Of a DNA stretch of 64,000 nt, positions 40,452 to 50,234 are shown one piece after another. The notes below the pieces were generated by a model, which was given only the letters and a program-made list of their open reading frames with translations, searched no databases and was not told the origin of the DNA. The stretch comes from an uncultured Saprospirales bacterium (GTDB taxonomy: Bacteria; Bacteroidota; Bacteroidia; Chitinophagales; Saprospiraceae), in assembly GCA_913061325.1 (NCBI GenBank), contig CAJXUU010000001.1, forward strand, positions 1,864-65,863, written 5' to 3'. The stretch's first letter is position 1. Each line of letters opens with the position of its first letter. Both the position numbers and the translations under genes were made by a program.

Positions 40452-43019
40452 CTACTCTTCTCTAGCTAACGTCCGTCCATTAATCACACTACTAAAAAAC
40501 AGTGCGTTACCAAACATCTTGTTTCCACCATACCAATAACCCCTGAAGAGTAAATTATCTTGAAAACAGATCACTTTTCCACTGCCAGACCGATGTACCG
40601 TAACTGCAGGTTTATTGGCTGCTTTCTTATCAAATCCTCTTGGAATATAACCCGACTGAACCGGAGAGTTGGTATATTTTACTGGAGATGCATAACTATT
40701 TGCTGGCAAATCATATACTGATGTTCCTCTTCGGAATAATGATATACTGCTATTGTCATAGCCGTAACAAAGTGGGTGAGAAAGATCCATTTCAGCCCCA
40801 AATATAGCTCCTCCTAACACACCGGCACCTCTAGAAGATGAAGACATTTGGTATGCTTTTGATCCTGGCTTACCACTTTTGTCATTTTTAGTTTTTTCAA
40901 GTGATATAAGATCCTTCCCTCTCGCCCAATCGATAGCATTTCTAAAGAGAATAAGATTTCCTCCTCCTTTTACCCAGGCTGTGATTTTTTCTAATTCTTT
41001 AGTGTTGAGATCATTGTAGCTGCCATTTACCATAATGAGTGTATTATATCTATCCATTTTTGCTCTGAATATCTGTCGTTTATCAAGCATTGTGAGTGGA
41101 ATATTATACCGTTGGTCGATATGGTGCCACACTTCTCCAGCATCATAACTAGTAACTCCTTCGCCAACAATCATCGCCACCTTAGGCATTTTTAAGATGC
41201 CCACTTCTGGATTCCCAAGAGTCATATTATTATCTGCCCACCCTGTACTTACAGCGTAAAAGTCTACCCCATAAGTATCTGATATAGCTGTAAGTTTAGC
41301 TTCAATTTCCGTCTTCTTAAGTTTTTGGTTTTGAATAGGAATAACGACATCTCCTCTTTGGAACTGCCTATTCCCTTTCTCAGTTTCAAGAGCAAACTCT
41401 TTATTGATCACCTTTGATCGTAGACCTGCATCCATCACCTGATAAAGTGCCGCTGGAGCATTATAGCTCTTCCAATCAAGTATATATGCGTAGACATCGT
41501 TCATTTCATAGAGCTTGCCGCTTGGTTCCATTGAAGAGATTTTACCTCCTGTTTTTATGCTACCTTTTACTTCAGCATATGTTAAATCAAATGCTAACGG
41601 AAGCGTCCATGCAGAAACATCATAGAATAGACTATCTGGAAATGTTCGTACTTTTTCGAAGATCGTCTTAACCATCAAGTATTGGTGCTGATCCATCGGA
41701 ACATAGTAAGAATTCTCCTTTGGAAATCGTTTTCCATCTTGATTTGCATCCTGAGATAATTCATACATTTCTACTTTATGAGAAGTCAAGATTCTATGAA
41801 AATTAGACATTTTTACTTCATCTTTATCTGTGATTAGATATCCTTTGATTTTAGATGCTTTAGCAGCCTTGTTTTGTTTTTTGTAGAAGTCTCTTTTGAA
41901 ATTAATGAGTTCTTCTCTCATGTTTGCAGTAGCCTTCTGAGTAGACAAAGATGTAACAAATTGATTTCTGATTGTAAATGGGAAGGACAATAATCCATTT
42001 GAGCTTTCTTGGAGATGTCCTCTAGAACTTGCTTGTTCAAATAGTATTCCTATACAACCATTCGCATCAGGATAAGTACTTCCTTTTCCATAGTAGAAAT
42101 CATCGAAGCTAGCTTTTGTATAATAAAGAGAGCCAATACTATCTAAAGCCGCTGCGTGATATGTACCTATCTTTTCCGTGAGGTCTTGATTGAGCTGTGG
42201 AGTATTGGGATTAGTTCTAGATGGAATTCCTGGTTGGAAGAAAAAAGTAGAATTCGTGCCCATCTCATGGTGATCTGTCAACACATTAGGTTTCCATTGG
42301 TGGAATACTTTTATTCTTCCTTGGCTTTCCGGGTGCGTTAGTAAAAGCCAGTCTCTATTCAAATCAAACCAATAATGATTTGTCCTTCCTCGTGGCCATA
42401 CTTCATTGAGTTCTCTTGATGCAGGGTCGCTTACTAGTGTTTTACTCTTGTGTGTATTTGCCCAAGAAGCAAATCTATTTAACCCATCAGGGTTATAACA
42501 TGGATCCATGAGTGTAAATACATTTTGAAGAGTGTGCATCACTTCTTTGCTCTTTCCTGCAGCTAGATAGTATGCATTAACTAGTCCTGCATTTGCTCCA
42601 CTAGATTCATTACCGTGAATACTATATCCTTGATAAAGAACAGCAGGAAGATTGTCTATAGATACTTTATCAGATTCTTTATGATCTGTTAATTGCAGGT
42701 GTGCTTGACGGATATCTTCTTTTCGAGCTAGATTCTCCGGTGAACTGATCATAACAGTATAAAGCGGTCTGTTTTCGTGTGATCTTGCATATTCTACCAT
42801 TTCAATTCTATCAGAAGCTGTATCTAATGCCTTAAGATATATAATCAATTGATCGTGACTTACATGCCAGTCACCAATGTCATAACCTAAAACCTCTTTA
42901 GGAGTAGGAATAGATGGGTCGTATTCACCTTCAGGTAAATAATATTCCATCCCAGACTGGGCAAAAGATATAGTGATAGATAGTAAGAGAAAAAAAGTTG
43001 TTTTTATTAGCGACTTCAT
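40452..43019 (-). CDS. M14 family zinc carboxypeptidase, large secreted form
   Basis: Signal peptide, a zinc site (YSIHGNESSG), NPDG and a downstream H (LTDHHEMG). The long C-terminal extension resembles class I glutamine-amidotransferase-like domains in Bacteroidota M14 proteins. Confidence 0.75.
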   Translation of the reverse strand: MKSLIKTTFFLLLSITISFAQSGMEYYLPEGEYDPSIPTPKEVLGYDIGDWHVSHDQLIIYLKALDTASDRIEMVEYARSHENRPLYTVMISSPENLARKEDIRQAHLQLTDHKESDKVSIDNLPAVLYQGYSIHGNESSGANAGLVNAYYLAAGKSKEVMHTLQNVFTLMDPCYNPDGLNRFASWANTHKSKTLVSDPASRELNEVWPRGRTNHYWFDLNRDWLLLTHPESQGRIKVFHQWKPNVLTDHHEMGTNSTFFFQPGIPSRTNPNTPQLNQDLTEKIGTYHAAALDSIGSLYYTKASFDDFYYGKGSTYPDANGCIGILFEQASSRGHLQESSNGLLSFPFTIRNQFVTSLSTQKATANMREELINFKRDFYKKQNKAAKASKIKGYLITDKDEVKMSNFHRILTSHKVEMYELSQDANQDGKRFPKENSYYVPMDQHQYLMVKTIFEKVRTFPDSLFYDVSAWTLPLAFDLTYAEVKGSIKTGGKISSMEPSGKLYEMNDVYAYILDWKSYNAPAALYQVMDAGLRSKVINKEFALETEKGNRQFQRGDVVIPIQNQKLKKTEIEAKLTAISDTYGVDFYAVSTGWADNNMTLGNPEVGILKMPKVAMIVGEGVTSYDAGEVWHHIDQRYNIPLTMLDKRQIFRAKMDRYNTLIMVNGSYNDLNTKELEKITAWVKGGGNLILFRNAIDWARGKDLISLEKTKNDKSGKPGSKAYQMSSSSRGAGVLGGAIFGAEMDLSHPLCYGYDNSSISLFRRGTSVYDLPANSYASPVKYTNSPVQSGYIPRGFDKKAANKPAVTVHRSGSGKVICFQDNLLFRGYWYGGNKMFGNALFFSSVINGRTLAREE

Positions 43020-43113
43020 ATGGGTAGTTATTTATGTGCCTAAATTTAACATTTTAGTACATAAATAAAAGAAAAATATGATGGTTGTAGTGGAAATGAA
43101 TGTTTCGGCTGCT

Positions 43114-43146
43114 ATAGATGACATCGCTTATAGCGATGTCATCTAT
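43114..43146. repeat. Perfect 15-bp inverted repeat with 3-nt spacer
   Basis: ATAGATGACATCGCT-TAT-AGCGATGTCATCTAT. All 15 pairs were checked by hand. It abuts the end of the TolC-like fragment. Confidence 0.9.
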
Positions 43147-43473
43147 TCAATCCACTATCGGCATCGATACATTTAGCCTCACTTGCTGTTCATCAAATGG
43201 GTTTCTGTATATCTGATTTAAGTCTTCAGATCCTCTGGCAAATCCAAAACTTGCAAACAATTCTGCTTTGATTCCATATTCAGCTTTTGTTTGAGCAATC
43301 GTTTGTTCATTTTGAAGTAACTCTCTGGCGTATCTTTTTAGCTCCTGTCTGTTTTTATTGGCTTGCCTAACTAGGCCATCTTTATCTAATATTTTGTCGT
43401 CCTCCCAAGTAGAAATTTCACACGTAATTATTACAGGAATATCCTTTTTTCCTATAGTAGGTATACATGGTTT
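43147..43473 (-). pseudogene. TolC-family outer membrane efflux protein fragment
   Basis: Hand translation gives ..ELKRYARELLQNEQTIAQTKAEYGIKAELFASFGFARGSEDLNQIYRNPFDEQQVRLNVSMPIVD*. This matches the internal TolC-family pattern (..P.l.a.a.yG....l.l.vs.PI.DWG), but only about 100 aa are present with no start or signal peptide. Confidence 0.45.
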
Positions 43474-44280
43474 TTAGCTTGATTTTTCGACAACACCGCG
43501 CTTTTAAGACCCATTTATTATTGAAGGAATTCGTACGCCCGATATCCTCATTGATCCACGTTATTACTCCGACTTGTGGTGATCTTACACTTGTTTCCTT
43601 CAATTTTTTTCTTAGTTCTTTGAGCCTTTTTTCTTGGATAGTATACTCTAACTCTAATCCTTTCTTTTCATTCACATTTCGAGAATACTGCAACTCATTT
43701 TCAAGCATGTTCTTTTCAAGTTTTGACACTATTAACTTTAATTGTGCTTGTTCTAATTCTTCTTTAGTGGAACCACCTATATCCAAAAGTCTTTTTTGAT
43801 CTGAGACTTCTGCTTTTAATTCATCAACTTGGAGGGCTTTGATCTGATCTCTGTAGTCTAAATCTCGAAGATCTTTATCAAACTTAAGTTTTAGTTTTTC
43901 AATGTTGTTTTCCTAAGATCAAGTTCGTCTTTAAGTTGGTCATATTCTAATTTTGTGTATTCTTGGTCTAGTTCTAGAATTAAGTCTCCTTTTTTAACTT
44001 CAGCGCCTGTTGATAGATTTACACTTTTGATTTCGGTAGCAACAGGAGCATTAATTTCCCATTCGAATGCTGGTATTACTACTCCAGAAGCAGTGATCGT
44101 ATTAGTAAAATCACCTTTCTCTACCGTTGCAATGAAGAAGTCCGATTTATCAGCCTTGTTTTTGAATAGAGATCGCAGGCCATAAATAGATAAACACAAC
44201 AGTAATAGCCCCACTATGCTATATACCCATTTTTTATAATTCACTTTTGATAGTTCTTTATCTGATATTTGTCTATCCAT
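43418..44280 (-). pseudogene. HlyD/MacA-type periplasmic adaptor gene, frameshifted and truncated
   Basis: N-terminal ORF 43891-44280 (TM anchor plus ATVEKGDFTNTITASGVV..AEVKKGDLILELD). The coiled coil continues in another frame from 43912 (NNIEKLKLKFDKDL...VRSPQVGVITWINEDIG). The shift is at the AAAA run at 43908-43911. The C-terminal beta-barrel part is missing or scrambled. Confidence 0.55.
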
Positions 44281-44427
44281 TGCTTTTCCCTATCTCGTGG
44301 TCTTGCTAGATATGAGCGAAGGCTATTCCAAGAGTTAATTATCTCAATATCATATATTTACATATTGACAAATATACAATATTGTTCGGTTTCGGACAGG
44401 ATTATTCGGAATGTTCGATTTTGATTT

Positions 44428-45057
44428 CTATCGTTGAAGATACAAGATGTACTTTTCCTCGAAGTATGGTTCTTTGATAAAGTTGACCAGAGGATATGTT
44501 TCGAAATAGTCTTTTTTAGAAAGATCGTTAGTTTCATCTTTGACTCTGCCCCCTTTGAGTGCTATTATCCCATTAGGTTGGGCATGTCTTTGATCATTTG
44601 GATCTATTAGATTAGTAGACCATTCTTTGAGTCTTTCGATTTTGGCAACGGCACGAGTGACTACGAATTCGTATTTCTTTCGGTGTTCTTCAGCTCGGTC
44701 TTGGAGTGCTGTAAGATTTTCTATCTGTGCGATTTCTTTCACCTCATTTACAACAGTTATCTTTTTTCGCGTTCCATCTATAGCGGTGAATTTCACATTT
44801 GGAAACATGATAGCCAATGGAACGGCAGGGAACCCGCCTCCTGTTCCAAGATCTAATATCCTAGACCCATCTTTGAATTGGATAAACTTTGCGATTGTCA
44901 ATGAATGAAGAATATGATGTAGATAAAGGTTATCAATATCTTTTCTCGAAATCACATTTATCTTATCATTCCACTCTCGATAGGCATCCCATAACAGCTC
45001 AAATTGTCTATATTGATTGTCACTTAAGTCTGGAAAATATTTATGAATTAACTCCAA
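44428..45057 (-). CDS. rsmG: 16S rRNA (guanine527-N7)-methyltransferase
   Basis: LDLGTGGGFPAVPLAI SAM motif, a GidB-like N-terminus (W.DKINVISR) and 209 aa. Confidence 0.85.
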   Translation of the reverse strand: MELIHKYFPDLSDNQYRQFELLWDAYREWNDKINVISRKDIDNLYLHHILHSLTIAKFIQFKDGSRILDLGTGGGFPAVPLAIMFPNVKFTAIDGTRKKITVVNEVKEIAQIENLTALQDRAEEHRKKYEFVVTRAVAKIERLKEWSTNLIDPNDQRHAQPNGIIALKGGRVKDETNDLSKKDYFETYPLVNFIKEPYFEEKYILYLQR

Positions 45058-46118
45058 CGATTATCATTTTTACGGATCAATAATATAAATGGCATCACCA
45101 AATAATACAAAAACAACAGCAAATCTAACAACAAAAGCTGGTGTATAGCTATGCTTTCTTTCATCTTTTTTATTAACCGGCTGTGAATTGACATTTGCAC
45201 CACTTGTTTGACGATATATGCAATAAGGTAGATATGGATTGGGATAGTTCCAAATATCGCTCCTAAGAACAGCAATAGATAAAATAATACTTGACTGGCA
45301 CTGAAAGCACCTAACATAATTTGATGTGCCAATTTATAATGTACTGAGGTTGTGATATGTCTCGTTTTTTGAGTAATGAAACCATTTAAAGTGCCCAGAG
45401 AATCTGTAAAAACAAAACTATCTGGGTGGATACATATTCCTGTGTTTTCAACAGTAGCAATCGCATTTATAGTCAAATCATCATCACCAGAAGCAAGGTC
45501 TTGTCCTTTTATCTTATCTAGATTTGAAGCTCTCAGCGATCTATCAATGATCATATTCCTACCAACACCCATGTATGGATGTCCCGCTTTTGCATAACTA
45601 AGATATTGCACACCTGTCATATATGTTTCGAATCTTGCAAATAGATTAACTATACCTTGTGTCTTTTTCATTGGGCTATATCCTAGAACGATTGGTTTAT
45701 CTGTTGAGTTCATCATAAAGGACCAGTCAGATGATGCTGGTATGCAATCTGCATCTGTAAAAAGAATACGGTCATGCTTGGCTAAAGCTATTCCATCATT
45801 TACCGCTTGTTTTTTACCTGGTAAGTCGATTGTAGTGCTTATAATTTGTACTCTTTCCGATTGGTAAGCTGAAAGTTTTTCAAAGGTTTGATCGATCGAA
45901 AAATCGTCCACTAAAACGATATCATCGGACTTCTGTAAAAGGAGTGCTTTTAAAATCGCATCTACATTTTTCTCCTCATTTTTAAAACAAACAACAATTG
46001 AAATAAGCTTTGTTTCTTTCACAAATTCAATATCACCGGTGGCTTTTGCCAATTGTTCAAAAAGAAACAAATAGTACAATAGATGAACAAATAAAGTCAC
46101 GATAAGCAATTCAATCAT
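45048..46118 (-). CDS. Glycosyltransferase family 2 membrane protein
   Basis: ISIVVCFKNEEKNV and the FTDADCIP (DxD) motif, with C-terminal TM helices. Confidence 0.75.
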   Translation of the reverse strand: MIELLIVTLFVHLLYYLFLFEQLAKATGDIEFVKETKLISIVVCFKNEEKNVDAILKALLLQKSDDIVLVDDFSIDQTFEKLSAYQSERVQIISTTIDLPGKKQAVNDGIALAKHDRILFTDADCIPASSDWSFMMNSTDKPIVLGYSPMKKTQGIVNLFARFETYMTGVQYLSYAKAGHPYMGVGRNMIIDRSLRASNLDKIKGQDLASGDDDLTINAIATVENTGICIHPDSFVFTDSLGTLNGFITQKTRHITTSVHYKLAHQIMLGAFSASQVLFYLLLFLGAIFGTIPIHIYLIAYIVKQVVQMSIHSRLIKKMKESIAIHQLLLLDLLLFLYYLVMPFILLIRKNDNRWS

Positions 46119-47035
46119 TGAGGAATGATTTCAGGATTCTTAATCTTTACCAACATGTCTATCAGTTTATTTTGACTTCTGTACATAGATTGGCTATAAA
46201 CTTTCTCTCCTTTGAATGCCTTATAAAACGCCTCTACACCCGGAATACTGCTACCTTCAAAGTCAAATGACCTTCCAAAATTTAATGCAGAAGTGATTTC
46301 ATTCCACATCATTAGAGACATCGCCTCATGTGAATAGCTGCTGTCTACCCCGGTTGCAAGATTATAGACCCATTTATCATCCATCACAAAATACCCCATC
46401 GCCATGATATTGCCTTTATTGTCAATGCATTTTACTATTTTTCTAGCTTGCCGCTTAGAAAGTTGCTCATCCAGGTTCCCCAAACCTCCATCTGCATATG
46501 GGTTTGACTTCCCTCTAGCTGTAAATGTTTTGTCTAAAAACTCTGCAAACGTAGAGAACCATTCCTCCTCTTTATAGATAAACTGTTCTGAGGCTTTTCT
46601 GATTTTTCTTCTACGATCAGAACTTAGAAGAGATCTGAGCATTACTAAATCAACCTCTTTATCAACTATGTAGGTATACTTCTTCTTCGAAATTGAATGA
46701 TTCTTTCTTATTTCTGGTATAGCATGAAAAAAATCTTGTACTATCAAATGATGCTTAGGCAGTTGGTCGACAAGTTCCTTATAAACTACCCCTAGCTCCA
46801 AGGTCCCAAAAAATAACGGCCCCATGTAAGGGCATAAAGAAGGATGTAGAATATATGTTAATCCATATTTCTTCTTGATCATATATACCAAAACACCTAG
46901 GATTTCTCCATCTTCTTCGTACATAACGACATCCCATGGGCTGTTGCATACTACATCTAAGTACCATGGTCTGTAGAACACTGGTACGTAGTTATTTGCT
47001 ATAAAGTTATGGTATTTCTGTTTTGTGGTGATCAA
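46115..47035 (-). CDS. GNAT/FemAB-like acetyltransferase family protein
   Basis: The length and blocks (RRRKIRKA.., FDFEGSSIPGVEAFYKAFKG) resemble Acetyltransf_6/FemAB-like proteins. Overlaps the GT2 gene by 4 nt. Confidence 0.45.
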   Translation of the reverse strand: MITTKQKYHNFIANNYVPVFYRPWYLDVVCNSPWDVVMYEEDGEILGVLVYMIKKKYGLTYILHPSLCPYMGPLFFGTLELGVVYKELVDQLPKHHLIVQDFFHAIPEIRKNHSISKKKYTYIVDKEVDLVMLRSLLSSDRRRKIRKASEQFIYKEEEWFSTFAEFLDKTFTARGKSNPYADGGLGNLDEQLSKRQARKIVKCIDNKGNIMAMGYFVMDDKWVYNLATGVDSSYSHEAMSLMMWNEITSALNFGRSFDFEGSSIPGVEAFYKAFKGEKVYSQSMYRSQNKLIDMLVKIKNPEIIPQ

Positions 47036-47135
47036 ATATCTGGATGTAGGATAAAAAAGATAGAATTAATTCATTGTAAAAATACGTATATTTAGATAGT
47101 TAGGTAGATCTTAACTATTATAAAATAGCAGTGAA

Positions 47136-47171
47136 CAAAAAAGCCTCTCATCAATAAAGATAAGAGGCTTT
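47136..47171 (-). terminator. Rho-independent terminator after hemD (partly bidirectional)
   Basis: The minus strand reads AAGCCTCTTATC-tttattga-TGAGAGGCTTTTTTG. Confidence 0.75.
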
Positions 47172-47193
47172 GATTTTATTTCTATTAATAGTA

Positions 47194-47988
47194 TTATTTC
47201 TTTGTCTTCTGTAGATATGCTTCCAATGCCATTGACATTGAAGGTGTTTCAGGCGTTGGTGCTACGATATTAGGAAATAATCCTCTTTCTTCAATAGCTT
47301 GTAGTGTCGATTTTCCGAATACAGCAAATCTTGTATCCTTCTGATTAAATGTTGGAAAGTTTTCGTACAATGATTCTATTCCTAGTGGACTGAAGAAAAT
47401 CAATACATCATATGTCACATCACTAAGGTCAGACAAATCACTCGCTACCGTTCTATACATCATAACATCTTTATAATTGATGTTATTATTTTCTAGATAT
47501 GAAACTACATTTTTTGCACCCAGATTAGAACAAGGAAGTAAAAAGTTCTCCTTCTCTTTGTGTTTCATGAAGTAATTGTTAAGATCTTCAACCTTTCGCT
47601 TTCCTACGAATACTTTACGCTTTCTATAGACAATAAATTTTTGCAAATAGTTAGCAATTGTAGGAGTCAAACAAAAATACTTAGTCTCCTGAGGCATTTT
47701 TATTCTCATTTCTTCACATAGTCTAAAGAAGTGCTCAATGGCATTCTTAGATGTAAATATTATACTTGAGAATTCGTCAGGTCTGATCCTATTTCTACGG
47801 AACTCCTTTTCAATAACAGGTTCTACATGAATAAACTGTCTCCAGTCAATTGTAAGTCCCCACTTCGTTTCAAGATCGTAGTAAGGCGATCTTTCCGGTT
47901 TGGGTTGTGATACTAAGATCGTTTTCACCTCTTTGAAATCTTCCACGTAATTGTCTTTTTTCGCCGTAGCAGTGCCTCTTGATGCCAT
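47194..47988 (-). CDS. hemD: Uroporphyrinogen-III synthase family protein
   Basis: ILVSQPKPERSPY...IHVEP...IIFTSKNAIEHFF...VFGKSTLQAIEERG matches the Bacteroidota HemD-like family. Paired with DUF4271 upstream, as commonly seen. Confidence 0.6.
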   Translation of the reverse strand: MASRGTATAKKDNYVEDFKEVKTILVSQPKPERSPYYDLETKWGLTIDWRQFIHVEPVIEKEFRRNRIRPDEFSSIIFTSKNAIEHFFRLCEEMRIKMPQETKYFCLTPTIANYLQKFIVYRKRKVFVGKRKVEDLNNYFMKHKEKENFLLPCSNLGAKNVVSYLENNNINYKDVMMYRTVASDLSDLSDVTYDVLIFFSPLGIESLYENFPTFNQKDTRFAVFGKSTLQAIEERGLFPNIVAPTPETPSMSMALEAYLQKTKK

Positions 47989-48022
47989 ACACAAAGTTTA
48001 GTTAATAAAACTTATGCTTTTT

Positions 48023-49072
48023 TCAAGCAATTCCAAAACTCCCTATTGCCTTTATTAACAGCAGAATAGGTAAAATTTCGAAGGCGCAAAGGTACAAGAA
48101 AAAATGGAATAAATTACTCGAAATCAATCTACTTGATATCAATAGTCCTCTGAAGCTCCTCAAGACTATCAATAACCCTATTACTACCATCGTCAAATAG
48201 ATTAGAGAAACAGCTATTGTTTCAGGACCAAAGGCTATGACTAAGTTCAGTGGTATAAGGACTATCCCAATAAAAAGATTAAAGCTTTGGATCGTAAATC
48301 CGTACAAGGAAACCTCTTTTTGTATCGGAAAACTGGCCCTGACAAGAGATAAAAAAATATGTCTCACCACGTAAACGAGCAAGATAGTAAAGAAGCATAA
48401 TTGGAAAATTTGCCAGCCTCCCTGGTTATACAAGTTATATAACACCAAATAAGCGAATATTGCGGCATTGACAATAAATGAAAAATATAATAAGATATAG
48501 TGCCCATTGGCTCCTTTTTTCTCTTCTCTGTGATTCAGTTTTAATACATTCTCATTAGTGATTGCTTTTGAGATCTTAGTAAGGGCGCCCCTCTGGGTGT
48601 TTATGACAATAGCCAGTATAAAACCCGTCAATAAGTTGAGCCAAAACAAAAAGGCATTTGATCCCTTTTCTGACTTTTTAGTGTTCTTTTTTCTGCTAGA
48701 AGTAGGCTTAAATGCATTTGCTTCCTTTTTTAGCTTACTTTTTCGAATAGGGATGTGAGAAACATCAAACGGGTTAGTCGCTGCGTCTTGCTCTTGGAAC
48801 GATTCGATGCTCAAGTCTTCTTCACCTACTTCTGGGACGATTGTAGACTCTTCAGTTGTTGAGTTTGCCCTTTGAAGTCCGGACGAAGTAGTTACTGTTG
48901 GATCATCTGACCTTTCTACATCAAATATGTTGGTCGTTGAACTTTCTGCTTCTGGTTCTGATTGATATACAGAATCTAATCTCGATTGTATCTCAAACGG
49001 ATTTGTGCCATCTTGGGCAATTCCCGAAATGGCTAGAAGGCAGAATAATATGATTTTCAAAGCTATTCGCAT
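48023..49072 (-). CDS. DUF4271 family membrane protein
   Basis: Signal/anchor segment, a low-complexity acidic N-domain, then about 6 TM helices. Adjacency to hemD matches my recollection of DUF4271 context. Confidence 0.45.
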   Translation of the reverse strand: MRIALKIILFCLLAISGIAQDGTNPFEIQSRLDSVYQSEPEAESSTTNIFDVERSDDPTVTTSSGLQRANSTTEESTIVPEVGEEDLSIESFQEQDAATNPFDVSHIPIRKSKLKKEANAFKPTSSRKKNTKKSEKGSNAFLFWLNLLTGFILAIVINTQRGALTKISKAITNENVLKLNHREEKKGANGHYILLYFSFIVNAAIFAYLVLYNLYNQGGWQIFQLCFFTILLVYVVRHIFLSLVRASFPIQKEVSLYGFTIQSFNLFIGIVLIPLNLVIAFGPETIAVSLIYLTMVVIGLLIVLRSFRGLLISSRLISSNLFHFFLYLCAFEILPILLLIKAIGSFGIA

Positions 49073-49122
49073 AATACAAAAGTATAAAAAGGTTGATACT
49101 TTTGTTCTATACAAGAAGATTG

Positions 49123-49130
49123 TAGATTTG
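49123..49130 (+). promoter_or_regulatory. Bacteroidota -7 promoter box (TAGATTTG)
   Basis: TAnnTTTG match 40 nt upstream of the ATG at 49170. Confidence 0.4.
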
Positions 49131-49169
49131 TAATCTTTAAAATAGATCTTAGATCTCTAGAAAATAGAA

Positions 49170-49733
49170 ATGAAAATGGCTTTAAAAGAATCAAATATGC
49201 TAGGCTTGGGTACCCAAGCACCTGATTTTAACCTTCCTGACACAGTATCTGGAAGAGAACTATCTCTCAATGATGTAAAAGGAGAAAATGGAACAATAAT
49301 TATTTTTTCTTGTAATCATTGCCCATTTGTGATTCATGTAAATAGTGAAATGATAGCACTCGCCCACGATTATGCTGTGAAAGGCATCAAAATGGTGGTC
49401 ATCAGTTCAAACGATGTGGAGAATTACCCAATGGATGCTCCTGATAAAATGTCTATAGTAGCAATAGTTCTGCAATATCCATTTCCTTATCTATATGATG
49501 CCACCCAGGAAGTAGCCAAAGATTATGATGCAGCGTGTACTCCAGATATCTATTTATTTGATTCGGAGTCCAAACTTTACTATCGAGGAAGACTTGATGG
49601 ATCACGTCCTGGGAATAATATTCCTCTTACAGGAATTGACATCAGAGAAGCTTTAGATTTATTAATCGATAACAAACCTGCTCCAGAAAAACAATATCCA
49701 AGTGCAGGATGTAATATCAAGTGGAAAAATTAA
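49170..49733 (+). CDS. Thioredoxin-fold redoxin family protein
   Basis: GTQAPDFNLPD...FSCNHCPFV CxxC-type motif in an AhpC/TSA-like scaffold. Confidence 0.65.
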   Translation: MKMALKESNMLGLGTQAPDFNLPDTVSGRELSLNDVKGENGTIIIFSCNHCPFVIHVNSEMIALAHDYAVKGIKMVVISSNDVENYPMDAPDKMSIVAIVLQYPFPYLYDATQEVAKDYDAACTPDIYLFDSESKLYYRGRLDGSRPGNNIPLTGIDIREALDLLIDNKPAPEKQYPSAGCNIKWKN

Positions 49734-50201
49734 ATGGTCAAAAAGAAAGATATAAATAGTAAAGAGATTGTAAATCGGAAGGCTAGATACGAATATCAAC
49801 TACTCGATAGTTTTGAAGCTGGTCTCGTACTTACGGGTACAGAAGTAAAGGCTGTAAAAGAAGGGAATGCTAATCTATCGGATGCATACTGTCTGTTCGA
49901 AAATGGAAACCTTACACTCAAGAGCATGTTTATTGCTGAGTATAAATACGGAACCATCCATAATCATGAGACTCGAAGAGATAGAAGACTCTTACTTCGT
50001 AAAACAGAACTTAAAAAAATGGAGCGCCGTGTAACTGAAAAAGGTATGACAATTGTTCCATATAAACTCTACTTTTCAGAGCGTGGATTTATCAAAATAC
50101 AACTTTATTTAGCTATAGGTAAAAAGACATATGATAAAAGAGAATCAATAAAAGAAAGACAAAACAAACGTGATCTAGATAGGATCAAAAAAGAATACTA
50201 A
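49734..50201 (+). CDS. smpB: SsrA-binding protein
   Basis: NRKARYEYQLLDSFEAGLVLTGTEVK, NLSDAYC, RRDRRLLLRKTEL and a basic C-terminal tail. Confidence 0.9.
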   Translation: MVKKKDINSKEIVNRKARYEYQLLDSFEAGLVLTGTEVKAVKEGNANLSDAYCLFENGNLTLKSMFIAEYKYGTIHNHETRRDRRLLLRKTELKKMERRVTEKGMTIVPYKLYFSERGFIKIQLYLAIGKKTYDKRESIKERQNKRDLDRIKKEY

Positions 50202-50234
50202 AAGCTACTCTAAATCCTATTATAATTCAATCCT

